Source: an uncultured delta proteobacterium
Lineage (GTDB): Bacteria > Desulfobacterota > Binatia > UBA9968
Direction of reading: 5' to 3'
Length of the DNA stretch: 64,000 nt
NCBI GenBank assembly: GCA_963804165.1
Contig: CAWDPO010000012.1
Coordinates: forward strand, 18,604-82,603
The translations under genes and the position numbers were made by a program. Below are positions 1 through 9,910 of the stretch, one piece after another (the stretch's first letter is position 1; each line of letters starts with the position of its first letter). The notes under the pieces were generated by a model, which was given only the letters and a program-made list of their open reading frames with translations, made no database searches and was not told where the DNA came from.

Positions 1-293
1 ACCCGCTCGGGCGATTTCTCTTGTCGTCTGGATAAGAGATAGATCGTTTGTTTCTCATTGCTCCAAGTCGAGCGTTTATCAGCAGACAAGCGTCTACAGA
101 ATTTAACCCTCTCAAAAGTTCGGCCGTTTGGGGCTACACGCGTCCTCGCTGAACCTGGACGATCTACTCCCCAAAGGTCGCCAACTCACCCGTTCCTTCT
201 ACCGGATCGAGTCTTGCCTGGGCGCGGAAAGCGGAAGCGCCAAGTAAGACCGTCGGAACCCAACCGACGCTACTCTAATGAAAGGATCGAGCC

Positions 294-650
294 ATGCAGA
301 CGCTGGCGCCATTCAAGTTATGGATCTACGTGGCCGTGATTGCCTCGCTGGGCATTGTGAGCGCTTTTTCCATCCCAGCAGCGGCCCCTTCAGCAAGCCA
401 TGCGATCACAGCAATCCGCGTCGCCCACCTGGAACTGTTTTTGGCGAAAATCGCGTTTCGTGATCCCGCTGTCCAGGAAGCCGAGTTTCATCTCAACGAG
501 GCTTGGTCGAACCTGACAGATCGGCAGTATGAGCAGTCCGTCTTGGCGGCTTACAAAGCACTTCATCGAGTCACGAACATAGTGGGCGGGGCTTCCCTGC
601 TCCAGACCGGGCACTGGGATAACCAGAAAGGCGACTCGCCGGAATCCTGA
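294..650 (+). CDS. hypothetical exported/membrane-anchored protein
   Basis: 118-aa ORF with hydrophobic N-terminus, AAAGGA upstream, co-oriented with the ATPase; no family recognised. Confidence 0.55.
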   Translation: MQTLAPFKLWIYVAVIASLGIVSAFSIPAAAPSASHAITAIRVAHLELFLAKIAFRDPAVQEAEFHLNEAWSNLTDRQYEQSVLAAYKALHRVTNIVGGASLLQTGHWDNQKGDSPES

Positions 651-705
651 TACCGGTGATCAAACGATTGTGTGATCTCTAAGAATCTAATTACCGGGGG
701 GATCT

Positions 706-3423
706 ATGGAAAACATACAATGGCATGCCGCGCAGATTGATTCCATTCTCGGCCAACTGGGTACGGATCCCCAGCAAGGGTTGACCGTGGAGGAATCCCG
801 ACGGCGCCTCGAAGCACACGGTTACAACGAACTGAAAAAAGAAGAGAAGAGGTCTCCTTTCCTGCTTTTCATCAATCAGTTCAAGAACACTCTAATTATT
901 ATTTTGGCGGTTGCCACGATCCTATCAGCGATCATCGGGGACCTGCTTGACGCCGGCATCATCCTGGCGATCATCGTCTTCTGCGCTGGATTGGGTTTTG
1001 TGCAAGAGTATCGCGCTGAGCGCGCGCTGGACGCCTTGAAGAAAATGTTGACTCCAACGATTACGGCGCTGAGAGGAGGGCGGGAAGAGGAAATTCCGTC
1101 AAAGGAACTGGTCCCCGGCGATATCATCCTCCTCGAGGCCGGAGACAAGCTACCCGCCGACGGGCGCTTGATCGAAGTTCACTCACTGCAGTGCGACGAG
1201 GCTCCGCTGACCGGGGAGTCCTTTCCCGTAGAGAAAGATCTCAAAATTCTACCCGAAGCGGTACCGGTAGGCGATAGAAAAAACATGGTGTTCACGGGGA
1301 CCGCCGTCAGCTACGGCAGGGGTAAAGCGGTGGTGACGGATACCGGAGTCAAAACCGAGTTCGGCAAGATCGCCACTGAACTGGCTACCGTTTCGCAGGA
1401 GAAAACACCCCTGGAAAAACGCACGGAAGAGATCGGCAAATGGCTTGGAATCATTGCCGTGAGCGTGTGCGTTTTGGTTGTCATAACAAGCATTGTCAGA
1501 GAAGCCATCGATGGAACTTTGGATCTGCAATTCACTTTAACGATGCTGCTGTTCGCAATCGCTCTTGCAGTAGCCGCAGTTCCCGAAGCGCTCGCCGCCA
1601 TCGTGACGGGTGCCTTGGCCATAGGCATGCACGAAATGGCAAAGCGCAATGCGCTCGTGAGAAAAATGCCGGCGGTGGAAACTCTGGGTTGCACGACGGT
1701 TATCTGTTCCGATAAGACCGGAACCTTAACCAAGGGAGAGATGACAGTGCGCCGGGTATTTGGGGGAGGCCAGTCCGTAGAGGTGAGCGGCGTCGGTTAT
1801 GCTCCCGAAGGCGGCTTGAGTCCCGCTTCTAACAATCCATCTCTGAACATGCTTTTTAGGGGCGGAATCCTGTGCAACGACTCGACGCTTCTGGAAGAGG
1901 GAGGTAAGTGGTCCATCAAAGGTGATCCGACTGAGGGTGCCCTCCTGGTTCTTGGAGCCAAGGCTGGGCTGGCAAGGAACGAAATCAGAGAACAATCTCC
2001 CAGGATTGAGGAATTTCCTTTCAGCTCGGACAGAAAAAGAATGACCACGATCCACGGGATCGAGGACGGCAAGCGCAGGGCCTTCATGAAGGGAGCCCCG
2101 GAAGTGATCCTCGATCGATGTTCCTCCCTCTTAAACGGAGATGAGATAACGGCGTTGGACGACGGCGAACGTCAAAAGATCCTTTCAGCAAACGAGGAAA
2201 TGGCCAGCGACGCCTTGAGGGTTCTCGCCATAGCCTACCGCGACCTTCCCGAGGCGGATAAATATAACGAAGAGCTTATTGAAAAAGATCTCGTGTTTCT
2301 GGGCCTGATCGGCATGATGGATCCGCCCAGAGAGGAGGCCGTCGAGGCGGTGCGGGTCTGTCGCCAGGTGGCAATCAAGCCCATCATGATTACCGGTGAC
2401 CACAAACTCACCGCCGTCGCCGTCGCCAAGGAACTTGGAATTCACCGCGAAGGCGATCTCGTATTTACGGGAGAAGACCTAAGTAAAATTGACGATAACG
2501 AATTCGACCGCGTTGTCGATAAGATTAGCGTCTACGCCAGGGTCTCACCCCTCGATAAGCTCAAGATCGTCAAGGCATGGAAGAACCGCGGCGAAGTCGT
2601 TGCCATGACGGGCGACGGTGTCAACGATGCCCCAGCTCTGAAACACGCCGACATCGGGATAGCGATGGGCATCACCGGCACCGAGGTCGCTAAAGAGGCA
2701 GCGGATATCGTTTTGAGCGACGATAATTTTGCCACCATCGTCCGTGCCATCGAGCGGGGCAGATGGATCTATGACAATATCAAAAAATATTTGACCTATC
2801 TCCTGCGAGCGAATATTACCGAAGTCGTGGTGTTGGGCGGCGTTGTCATGGTCATGGGCCCCGCGTACTTGCCGCTGCTTCCGGCGGCGATCCTGTATAT
2901 CAACCTGGCCACAGACGGGCTTCCAGCGCTCGCGTTGGGTGTCGCGCCTCCGGATCCGGACATCATGCAGAGACCTCCGCGCGATCCTCGCGAGAGCGTG
3001 TTTTCAAAGGATATAAGAACGCTGATCCTGATGGCGGTCATCATCGAGTGCCCGATATTCCTATGGATGTTCTTTCGCGCTCAACCGGATATGGAACTTG
3101 CGAGGACTCAAATATTTTTCATGTTCGTTTTCATTGAGCTCATCATCGCCATTAACTTTCGCTCGTTAAGGTACAGCCTGATCCAAGCCCCGCCGCACAA
3201 ATGGCTCCTGATCGCCATCGCCTGGGAACTGGCTTTGATCGTCGTGTTGGTCCAATTTTCAACGGTTCGGAATGCCTTCGGGATCACCATGCCATCGGCC
3301 TCCGACCTTGGGTTGATCTTTGTCCTGGGCGTCGGCATCGTCGTGGTGATCGAGTTGGCTAAACTGGTGTTCAGAACAAATAGGAACACGAAGAATATCG
3401 CTGTCTATGCAGAACGGGCGTAA
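706..3423 (+). CDS. cation-translocating P-type ATPase (type IIA, Ca2+-ATPase-like)
   Basis: 905 aa; LTGES, VPEAL, DKTGTLT phosphorylation motif, KGAPE, MITGD, TGDGVNDAPALK, NLATDGLPALAL. Confidence 0.96.
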   Translation: MENIQWHAAQIDSILGQLGTDPQQGLTVEESRRRLEAHGYNELKKEEKRSPFLLFINQFKNTLIIILAVATILSAIIGDLLDAGIILAIIVFCAGLGFVQEYRAERALDALKKMLTPTITALRGGREEEIPSKELVPGDIILLEAGDKLPADGRLIEVHSLQCDEAPLTGESFPVEKDLKILPEAVPVGDRKNMVFTGTAVSYGRGKAVVTDTGVKTEFGKIATELATVSQEKTPLEKRTEEIGKWLGIIAVSVCVLVVITSIVREAIDGTLDLQFTLTMLLFAIALAVAAVPEALAAIVTGALAIGMHEMAKRNALVRKMPAVETLGCTTVICSDKTGTLTKGEMTVRRVFGGGQSVEVSGVGYAPEGGLSPASNNPSLNMLFRGGILCNDSTLLEEGGKWSIKGDPTEGALLVLGAKAGLARNEIREQSPRIEEFPFSSDRKRMTTIHGIEDGKRRAFMKGAPEVILDRCSSLLNGDEITALDDGERQKILSANEEMASDALRVLAIAYRDLPEADKYNEELIEKDLVFLGLIGMMDPPREEAVEAVRVCRQVAIKPIMITGDHKLTAVAVAKELGIHREGDLVFTGEDLSKIDDNEFDRVVDKISVYARVSPLDKLKIVKAWKNRGEVVAMTGDGVNDAPALKHADIGIAMGITGTEVAKEAADIVLSDDNFATIVRAIERGRWIYDNIKKYLTYLLRANITEVVVLGGVVMVMGPAYLPLLPAAILYINLATDGLPALALGVAPPDPDIMQRPPRDPRESVFSKDIRTLILMAVIIECPIFLWMFFRAQPDMELARTQIFFMFVFIELIIAINFRSLRYSLIQAPPHKWLLIAIAWELALIVVLVQFSTVRNAFGITMPSASDLGLIFVLGVGIVVVIELAKLVFRTNRNTKNIAVYAERA

Positions 3424-3544
3424 CGAAATGCATGATGGTCGATAGATCGCCCAGAACCAGAATGACTTGCCGTCGCTTGTAGATTTTGAGCGGCCGCCGG
3501 GCAAACGGTACTCGGCAACGAGTGCTTGCTCCGAGTTATCTCGA

Positions 3545-3630
3545 GCGCTTCGTAGTGCCGAGGCCCGTCCGTGTTCACCTCCACGGGAAGCGGCAGGAAT
3601 TCACCATAGGGACCACCCGCTCATCAGCAA
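3545..3630 (+). pseudogene. possible relic of a tyrosine-integrase arm-DNA-binding domain
   Basis: Reads HLHGKRQEFTIGT then, after restoring one base, (Y)PLIS, like the GK....lG.YP.iSL motif of P4-type integrase N-termini; no catalytic domain follows. Confidence 0.35.
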
Positions 3631-3779
3631 AACCCAAGTTGGAGCGGGAACGCCTCGGCCCTGACCCAAATCCACTCGCAACCGAGGCACTCATACCCGT
3701 AGCGCGGAAACTGTAACGACCAAAGTGTGGAGCAGATACATACTGTCTGGAGTGTACAAGGAGGGTACGCTCGTCTAGG

Positions 3780-4763
3780 ATGAAGGCTATGCTAGACAAC
3801 TTCCTGCAGATTCTTCCAGAGATCATTTTCGACGCCGCTGAGAAATTGGGCGGGCGTTGCACGGGCCGCTTCTACGCGCTCCATGCGCTGGAAAACCGCG
3901 TGTACGACATCGAGATGGAAGAAGGCCCCCACGTCGTCATCAAATTTTACCGCCCCGGCCGCTGGTGCCGCGCCACCATTCAGGCCGAGCACGATTTTCT
4001 GAAGGCCCTCGAAGCCAGCGAAATTCCCGTCGTCTGCCCGCTCACCGACGACAAGGGACAAAGTATTTTCGAAATTAACGAAGTGATGTTCACCGTCTTC
4101 CCGAAGCGTCCGGGGCGACTCGAGCCGGAACTGACGACGGAACAGCTCACGCGCCTGGGAAGGTTCATGGCTCGCCTTCATAACGTCGGGGCGACGGAAA
4201 AAGCCGCGCCACGGTTACGGCTTGATCCGCAAACTTATGGGCGAGACCCTTTGAAGTTTTTAAAAGACGGAAACTTCGTTCCGATGGAACTCGCAAGTCG
4301 CTTCGAAACGATCGTCACGCAAATTTGCGACGCCATTACTCCTCGTTTCGAGGACGTCCAGTACGTTCTGCTCCACGGGGATTGCCACTCCGGAAATATT
4401 TTGTGGAATAGAGACGATCCGTACTTCATCGATTTCGACGACATGCTCTACGCGCCTCCCGTTCAAGACATCTGGATGCTCACGGGCGGAGACGACGACT
4501 ACGGGAAAGAGCAAAGGCGTATCTTACTCGAGGCCTACGAACAGATCAGAACTTTCGACATGGCGACGATGCAGCTGATCGAGCCGTTGCGGGCGCTGCG
4601 CATGATTCACTTTTCCGCGTGGATCGCGCGCCGCTGGGAAGACAGCGCTTTCAAAGCGTCGTTTCCTGACTTCGGTACCGAGCGCTATTGGCAGGAGCAA
4701 ATCGAAGCGCTCGCGCTGCAATTAGAAAAAGTGCGATACCAAACGACCGATTCCTACCGCTGA
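3780..4763 (+). CDS. srkA: stress response Ser/Thr kinase SrkA (RdoA/YihE family)
   Basis: ENRVY, KFYRPGRW, LHGDCHSGNILW, DFDD, QDIWML, LIEPLRALRMIH..AWIARRWED.AF...FP. Confidence 0.92.
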   Translation: MKAMLDNFLQILPEIIFDAAEKLGGRCTGRFYALHALENRVYDIEMEEGPHVVIKFYRPGRWCRATIQAEHDFLKALEASEIPVVCPLTDDKGQSIFEINEVMFTVFPKRPGRLEPELTTEQLTRLGRFMARLHNVGATEKAAPRLRLDPQTYGRDPLKFLKDGNFVPMELASRFETIVTQICDAITPRFEDVQYVLLHGDCHSGNILWNRDDPYFIDFDDMLYAPPVQDIWMLTGGDDDYGKEQRRILLEAYEQIRTFDMATMQLIEPLRALRMIHFSAWIARRWEDSAFKASFPDFGTERYWQEQIEALALQLEKVRYQTTDSYR

Positions 4764-4810
4764 ACAGTGGCTGATTCTCGGTGTTTTCGCCGAAAGTGCT
4801 TAGTTTCCTT

Positions 4811-4920
4811 TTTCGACGTTTCGAGAATTCCCGAAACGTCGAAGTTTCCCTCTCAATCAGCCCTTGAACCCTTTGAACGTTGAACCTTGAACCGGCGTAA
4901 GCCTTTAAACCGCGCTTGAA
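4811..4920 (+). repeat. intergenic mosaic: TTCGACGTTTCG-AGAATTCC-CGAAACGTCGAA palindrome plus TTGAAC tandem repeats
   Basis: Palindrome recurs near 13088, 26398, 28127 and 55570, each time followed by TTGAAC/TGGAAC arrays. Confidence 0.85.
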
Positions 4921-4924
4921 GCGC

Positions 4925-5521
4925 TCATGCCTCCGTGTACCAGGTGGTATGGCGCTCCACGGGCAGGCGCTTGGCCATCGTCTGCTGCTCGGAGTACCCC
5001 AGAAAAATGCATGCCACCGGCCGCTCTTTCTCCGTGAGTCCGAGAACCGGGCCAACAAAGTTTTGGTCGATCCAGTCGCCCGTGCTGGGATAGCTGCCCA
5101 GGCCTCGCGCCGTCGCGGCGACCAGCAGGTTTTCGATCGCGCACCAGCAGGCCGCGTAGTTCTCCTGGTCAGTAATTTTTTTCTCATCGCCCACCATGGA
5201 AACGATGATGAGAACCGGGGATGAAAAACACTTCGCCCGAGCGAAGTTGAGAGCCTCTTCGCTCGCCTGCTCCCCCTTTTTCTCCGCGGCCCAACGTGTT
5301 GCGGCCTGTCGGGCTCCGACCAAGCGCTCGCGCCCCTCTCCGGAGAACACGTGGAAACGCCAGGGATGGGTCAATTTGTGGTTGGGCGCCCAGTGGGCGG
5401 CGTCGAGCAGCTCCTCGATCCACTCCCGAGGAACCTCGGTGGGAAGGTACTCCTTCACCGAGCGGCGCGTCTTGATTGCGGTGAGCGCATCATCGAGAGG
5501 GCGCTCCGTTGTGATTGCCAT
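4925..5521 (-). CDS. nitroreductase family protein
   Basis: IKTRRSVKEY, AAHWAPNHKLTHPWRFHV, IENLLVAATARGLGS; GGAGG RBS. Confidence 0.92.
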   Translation of the reverse strand: MAITTERPLDDALTAIKTRRSVKEYLPTEVPREWIEELLDAAHWAPNHKLTHPWRFHVFSGEGRERLVGARQAATRWAAEKKGEQASEEALNFARAKCFSSPVLIIVSMVGDEKKITDQENYAACWCAIENLLVAATARGLGSYPSTGDWIDQNFVGPVLGLTEKERPVACIFLGYSEQQTMAKRLPVERHTTWYTEA

Positions 5522-5609
5522 GATCCTACCTCCTAAATTTGTACCGATTGTATCTATAGATATCTATAGAAAATTTAAACTACGAGCAACCTCGCCGGAC
5601 CCGTAGGGG

Positions 5610-5776
5610 GTAGTGACTCAGTTTGGGCGGCCGACATAAGTTTTTAGCAGGAACCAGAGCAAAACAGATTCTTCGCTGTGCTCAGAATGACACCTGCGTA
5701 GAATTGTCATCCTGAATCCTTCGGTCGGACTCAGGATAAACTCCGTGAAGGATCTGCTTTCAAAATGAGTCACTAC
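5610..5776. mobile_element. 167-bp MITE-like element with 16-bp terminal inverted repeats
   Basis: GTAGTGACTCAGTTTG (5610-5625) vs CAAAATGAGTCACTAC (5761-5776), 15/16 complementary; internal REP-like palindromes GATTCTTCGCTGTGCTCAGAATGAC and GTCATCCTGA...GAAGGATC. Confidence 0.7.
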
Positions 5777-5967
5777 GGACCGGGGAGCTGTCAATTCCCT
5801 TGCTGTTTGATGAAAATCCCAGTGTTATTTCGGCTGGCTTGGGCGGCGCAGCGGTCGGTGGAGCGCAAAGTGTTCCAGATCGCAGCGCTCGCTCAAACTC
5901 AGGCCGAGCGGCTCCGTCGGCTTGCGTTGGCAACCGGTTTCGGCACTCAACAAAGGCAAAACAGCAG

Positions 5968-6282
5968 TCAGTTCTGCTTCAGCCCGTCGCGCCAGGCAAT
6001 AGCTTCGAGTTCGACCCGGACAGCGTCCTCGACTTTAATCACGGGCCGCGCCTCGAACTCAAAAGCAGGGAGGGTCGAACAAAATTTGTGAACGGTCAGC
6101 GGATCGTCGCAGTCCACCAACATATGCCCGCCCCACTCGCCCACTCGCACCACGAACACCTCGATCTTGAAATTGGCCGGCGCCTTCCATTGGCCGAACA
6201 CATCAAGGATCCGCTTCTGGGCATTCTCGTAATCCGCAGGGGAGCCTTGCGGACGTTCGAACCAGCTGATCATGTACTTCAT
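5968..6282 (-). CDS. DUF3303-type small protein
   Basis: MKYMISWFERPQGS...RILDVF..WK.P..F...FVVRVGEWGG; GGGGAGG RBS 6 nt upstream of ATG 6282. Confidence 0.75.
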   Translation of the reverse strand: MKYMISWFERPQGSPADYENAQKRILDVFGQWKAPANFKIEVFVVRVGEWGGHMLVDCDDPLTVHKFCSTLPAFEFEARPVIKVEDAVRVELEAIAWRDGLKQN

Positions 6283-6380
6283 CGGCATCCTCCCCATCGA
6301 TTGCGTTGAAATATTCGGAACGATTGCTGTGTAGACCGTTCGTCGGATTTGGCGCTGCCCCTGGAGCGCCAACGCGTTTT

Positions 6381-6926
6381 CTATGCCTTAAGGCGGTCGG
6401 GTGCGTCATCGGGCGGCGTGATATCAAACGCGTTGGCGGTGCAACAGGTCATCGAGAACGAGCCGACGCGGGCAACCAGAGCGACCAGCTCTTCAGTGCT
6501 AAAGGTTGCTGCGGCGGCTGCATAGGTGGCATCGCTGAGTCCCTTGTCGGCGAGCAGTTCGTTGGCCAGCTGATGCGCGAGCAATTCGCGCTTGTCATCG
6601 GTCGGCAGCGCGCCACGGGCGTTGATGGCGTCGATCTCTTTCTGCGTGAGTCCGACTTTAAGACCGTTGCGGCACTGAGCCGCCCACGGGTATTTCGCGC
6701 CCCAGAAACGCGCCACGGTCAAAGTGACGATCTGCTGTTCGCGGGCGGACAGGGTGCAGTCGGCGATACAGGCTCCCGTGTTCTGGACGCTCTGCATCAG
6801 TTTGGGATTGCGGATATAGGCCCAGAATGGCCCGCCATGCGGCTTGCCGTTGGCCTTGGACGCGTCGATCACGGCGCGCTGTTCATCATTCATTTCGTCG
6901 GGCGTCAGAATGGCAATGCGTGTCAT
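6381..6926 (-). CDS. carboxymuconolactone decarboxylase (AhpD-like) family protein
   Basis: GGPF...IRNP, LSAREQQIVTLTVARFWGAKYPW, LSDATYAAA. Confidence 0.85.
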   Translation of the reverse strand: MTRIAILTPDEMNDEQRAVIDASKANGKPHGGPFWAYIRNPKLMQSVQNTGACIADCTLSAREQQIVTLTVARFWGAKYPWAAQCRNGLKVGLTQKEIDAINARGALPTDDKRELLAHQLANELLADKGLSDATYAAAAATFSTEELVALVARVGSFSMTCCTANAFDITPPDDAPDRLKA

Positions 6927-7288
6927 TGGATATCTCCCTGTTTCTATCCTGCCTAGCAGCGCTATTTACGGCAGCTCGATCATGACTGCGATTGCTGCCG
7001 TGGCAATCACGGCGCGAAAGTCGATCGCCCGAATCGCGCACGACGGCAGCTATATCGCCGGACCGACGAGTCGTCAAGCGAGCGTGCGTTTGGTGAAAGT
7101 TGCGGTTTTGCTTCGCTTGGCTCGGGGCGATGCTGTCCGAGCGCTCGCTCATACGCGAGACTGAGCAGCTTCGTCGGCTTGCGTTGGCAACCGGTTTTGG
7201 GGCCTCGGGGGGTCACCCTGAGTTAGCCCTGCTCTAATCTTCTGGCGCGTTTCCGGTTGTAGCAACTTTGTACCAAGGATCCATGTCT

Positions 7289-7648
7289 TCAGCCTCTTGG
7301 ATTTCGGCCCGTCCTAACGCGTCCCGGCTGGACGACTGTAAAAGTTCCGACAAGCCGTTCTCCTCGTTGTCTCACGAGATCGAGTACGGCTACCGCAAGA
7401 TAACGCCGCGCACGCGCCGGAAACCGAATGAAAATTACCCCGCCCGTTCTCCTCATACTCGCATAAACCAACTGACCGAAGTCCTTATCCTCCGTAATCA
7501 AGATCCGCTTATCGCTAACCGCTCGTTCTCTAACGTCGTCGTCCTCCGCACGAGGCGACACTTCAGCGATTGCGACAACATCATGCTTCGCGGAACGAAG
7601 CGCTCGCACCACCGAGAAGTCGCAACTTTCATCGGCCAGAAAGCGCAT
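7289..7648 (-). CDS. DUF5615 PIN-like toxin (VapC45-type)
   Basis: MRFLADES, HDVV, DDDV...A...RILITEDKDFG; directly downstream of a DUF433 gene. Confidence 0.9.
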   Translation of the reverse strand: MRFLADESCDFSVVRALRSAKHDVVAIAEVSPRAEDDDVRERAVSDKRILITEDKDFGQLVYASMRRTGGVIFIRFPARARRYLAVAVLDLVRQRGERLVGTFTVVQPGRVRTGRNPRG

Positions 7649-7651
7649 CGA

Positions 7652-7903
7652 TCATCGTTTCGCGCGCTTTTTCGGCGGCGTCACAATAATGGTCTCTTCG
7701 TGCGCCAAAGTGTCGGCAGCATAGCCGATGGCTGCGTGAATATCCTCTGCCTTGAGACGAGGATAGGCGTCTAGCAAATCGTCGCTGGTAGCACCTTCAC
7801 TGAGCTTCCGCAGAATCAATTCAATGGGGATGCGAGTCCCCTTGATCACGGGCTTTCCCATCATTACTTTTGGATTGATTTCTATACGGTCCGTAATTGT
7901 CAT
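7652..7903 (-). CDS. DUF433 antitoxin (VapB45-type)
   Basis: RIEINPKVMMGKPVIKGTRIPIELIL..LSEG.T..DLLDAYP.L..EDI.AAI.YA; AGGAG RBS before ATG 7903. Confidence 0.92.
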   Translation of the reverse strand: MTITDRIEINPKVMMGKPVIKGTRIPIELILRKLSEGATSDDLLDAYPRLKAEDIHAAIGYAADTLAHEETIIVTPPKKRAKR

Positions 7904-7965
7904 ACTGTCAATCTCCTGCTTTTTTGACGACATTTTCTTTTCGCTAGAGTCATTTTCGAGTAACT

Positions 7966-8139
7966 CTCCTAGTAGCATTGCGTCAGCAGCCGCTTCTCTT
8001 CACTCTCCTTAGGGTACAATGCCGACAGCGCGTTTGCCAAACGAAGGAAATCCCGCCCGCGACCCTGGTCAGCGTTGAGCAAAGCTCTCAATCCATTCGT
8101 CCTACCACTAGCATGCAGGAGCATCGCAGCGTTCACGTT
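7966..8139 (-). pseudogene. 3' relic of a DUF1156-type DNA methyltransferase gene
   Basis: AAMLLHASGRTNGLRALL...RGRDFLRLANALSALYPKESEEKRLL/(frameshift)DAMLL resembles the DUF1156 C-terminus as I recall it; the 5' part is replaced by a TTGAAC repeat mosaic. Confidence 0.55.
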
Positions 8140-8433
8140 AAAATCTTTAATCTTGAAGCTTCGAACTGAGCTCCGCTTTGAACGATTTGAACGGACCCCG
8201 GACCAAATCCGGGGCATTGAACGGCTTGATCGGAGTGAAACGGTTGAACGTGTTTTATTTTACTATTGTCTCATGCCTTATGAGTATTGGGTCGAGCGCT
8301 TCCCGGTAAACGGAAAACCGTCGTTAATTCATTTCCGTCTCGAGATTGTCAGAAATGAAAGTCTGAACATCCCGCTGAAAATTTCAAGCGGATGGAGCCG
8401 ATTTTTCGGTATTCTGCTCGTAGACTTTCGACT

Positions 8434-9717
8434 TTAAGACTTCGCCGAGAGTTTCGGCCTCCGTATTTGCGTTTTAACGAACGCTCTCGATTTGACCTTG
8501 GCCTTGGTATTCCCTTTTTCGGGGCGTATCTGGTACTCGCGTTCTTCGGTGAGCATTTTGTAAATGATCCGGGACAAGTGCCGACCTAGAGCTCGAATCG
8601 CCTGGTTGTGTTTCTTTCCCTCGCTGCGCTTCTTTTCATAGTATCTTTGCGACTCCGGCACGTACTTTCGATGCCGATCCAAGGCGATCATCATCGCTGC
8701 CTTGGCGCGAGTGTTCACGTGCTTGGGTGCTTTAGTTCCCTGATACTTCCCCGAGCTGTTGTCCAACGTGGACATGCCGAGATACAACGAAATACTTCCT
8801 TCGGAGGCAAACCGCTCAATGGTTCCAATCTCTCCGGCCAACTCTGAAGTACACACGGCACCAAACCCTGGAATCGATCGTAAAATCTTGGCGATCTTGG
8901 AGTTCTTAGCAACCTCGGCGATCTTGGTTTCCAACCGTTTGATCTTTTCATCGAGTTCGAGACACCGCTTGGCATCTTCTTGGATCATCTCGCCGACCCA
9001 CTTAACCTCTTGGCTAAAATGGGCACGCTTCTGCCAGGCCTCGATAGTGGCAGCACACTTCACTCCCACCGAGGGGATCTTCAGCACTGTGCTGCGCCGT
9101 AACCGGGCCAGCTGAGGCAGGGTGTCCGCGCTGAGAAGAAAATTTAAAAACCACTGATTGCTCGCTTCTCCAGTGATCTCTAACAAACCAGGACACACCG
9201 CTTGCAGATCGGCCTGTAGACTGTTCACCACTCGCACCCGCTCGTTGACTAATCGTCGCCGGCGCCGCGTTAATCGTTTGAGGACTTCATTCTCGGGCGG
9301 TGTCCCAGTGACTTCCTGAAGCACTTCTTTGGCCAACGGCAGATGATCGCTCAACTGAAACAGCTCCAATCCCTTGCGCGCATCGATACGGTCACTTTTG
9401 GCGGCTGCGGGAAAGATCTCCTTGAACCGGGCAAACTTTAAGTTATTGAGATTATAAAGCCGGTAGCCCCGTTGACGGACCATGCTATCCAGTGGCCGCG
9501 CGTAGCCGTTGTAACCTTCCATGGCTACGGCTACCGGACAGTTCCTTGTCTTACGTTGCCTCTCGATACGAGAAAAGAACTCTTGAAAACCCTCGATCCG
9601 GTGATCGACTTCGAACTCTTCGAGCACCTCGCCGCTGGATAACCCCATCGCTACACTGTGACGACGGTATCCCACGTCCACACTGACTCTCAGTTCTAAA
9701 GGCTTTTCTTCTGACAC
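8434..9717 (-). CDS. IS110 family DEDD recombinase/transposase
   Basis: VSVDVG, VAMEG, KSDRIDA (RuvC-like DEDD), SIPGFG, DNSSGK (catalytic Ser region), Y....EGKKHNQAIRALGRHL; GTG start with GGAGG RBS. Confidence 0.95.
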   Translation of the reverse strand: MSEEKPLELRVSVDVGYRRHSVAMGLSSGEVLEEFEVDHRIEGFQEFFSRIERQRKTRNCPVAVAMEGYNGYARPLDSMVRQRGYRLYNLNNLKFARFKEIFPAAAKSDRIDARKGLELFQLSDHLPLAKEVLQEVTGTPPENEVLKRLTRRRRRLVNERVRVVNSLQADLQAVCPGLLEITGEASNQWFLNFLLSADTLPQLARLRRSTVLKIPSVGVKCAATIEAWQKRAHFSQEVKWVGEMIQEDAKRCLELDEKIKRLETKIAEVAKNSKIAKILRSIPGFGAVCTSELAGEIGTIERFASEGSISLYLGMSTLDNSSGKYQGTKAPKHVNTRAKAAMMIALDRHRKYVPESQRYYEKKRSEGKKHNQAIRALGRHLSRIIYKMLTEEREYQIRPEKGNTKAKVKSRAFVKTQIRRPKLSAKS

Positions 9718-9745
9718 GTAGCTCCTCCTTCGTAGATCGAGTTTT

Positions 9746-9910
9746 CATCATCCTTCGGTCTCGTCTACTTACAGAGCCACGTATTCTGGTAAGAGAATAT
9801 GGCACCATCCCGGTCGACCCTCGGATGATGCAGGTGACGAGGGCGGCATTTCAGACTGGGTGAGCCTGAATGAACAGGCCACTGACCCCAAGAGCCACAC
9901 CCTCGTCAAG
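9746..9910 (-). ncRNA. predicted IS110 bridge RNA (target-binding loop then donor-binding loop)
   Basis: Two stem/internal-loop/hairpin domains: TGACGAGGG/CCCTCGTCA with GCCTG/CAGGC cap, and CATCATCC/GGATGATG with GCCA-TATTCT/AGAATA-TGGC cap; loop strands match element ends and flanks. Confidence 0.8.

Noticed and set aside
3545-3630. Integrase relic as the recombinase for the hairpin sites
   Set aside because: Only a short degenerate arm-binding-like fragment, no catalytic domain, and 26 kb from the nearest site.
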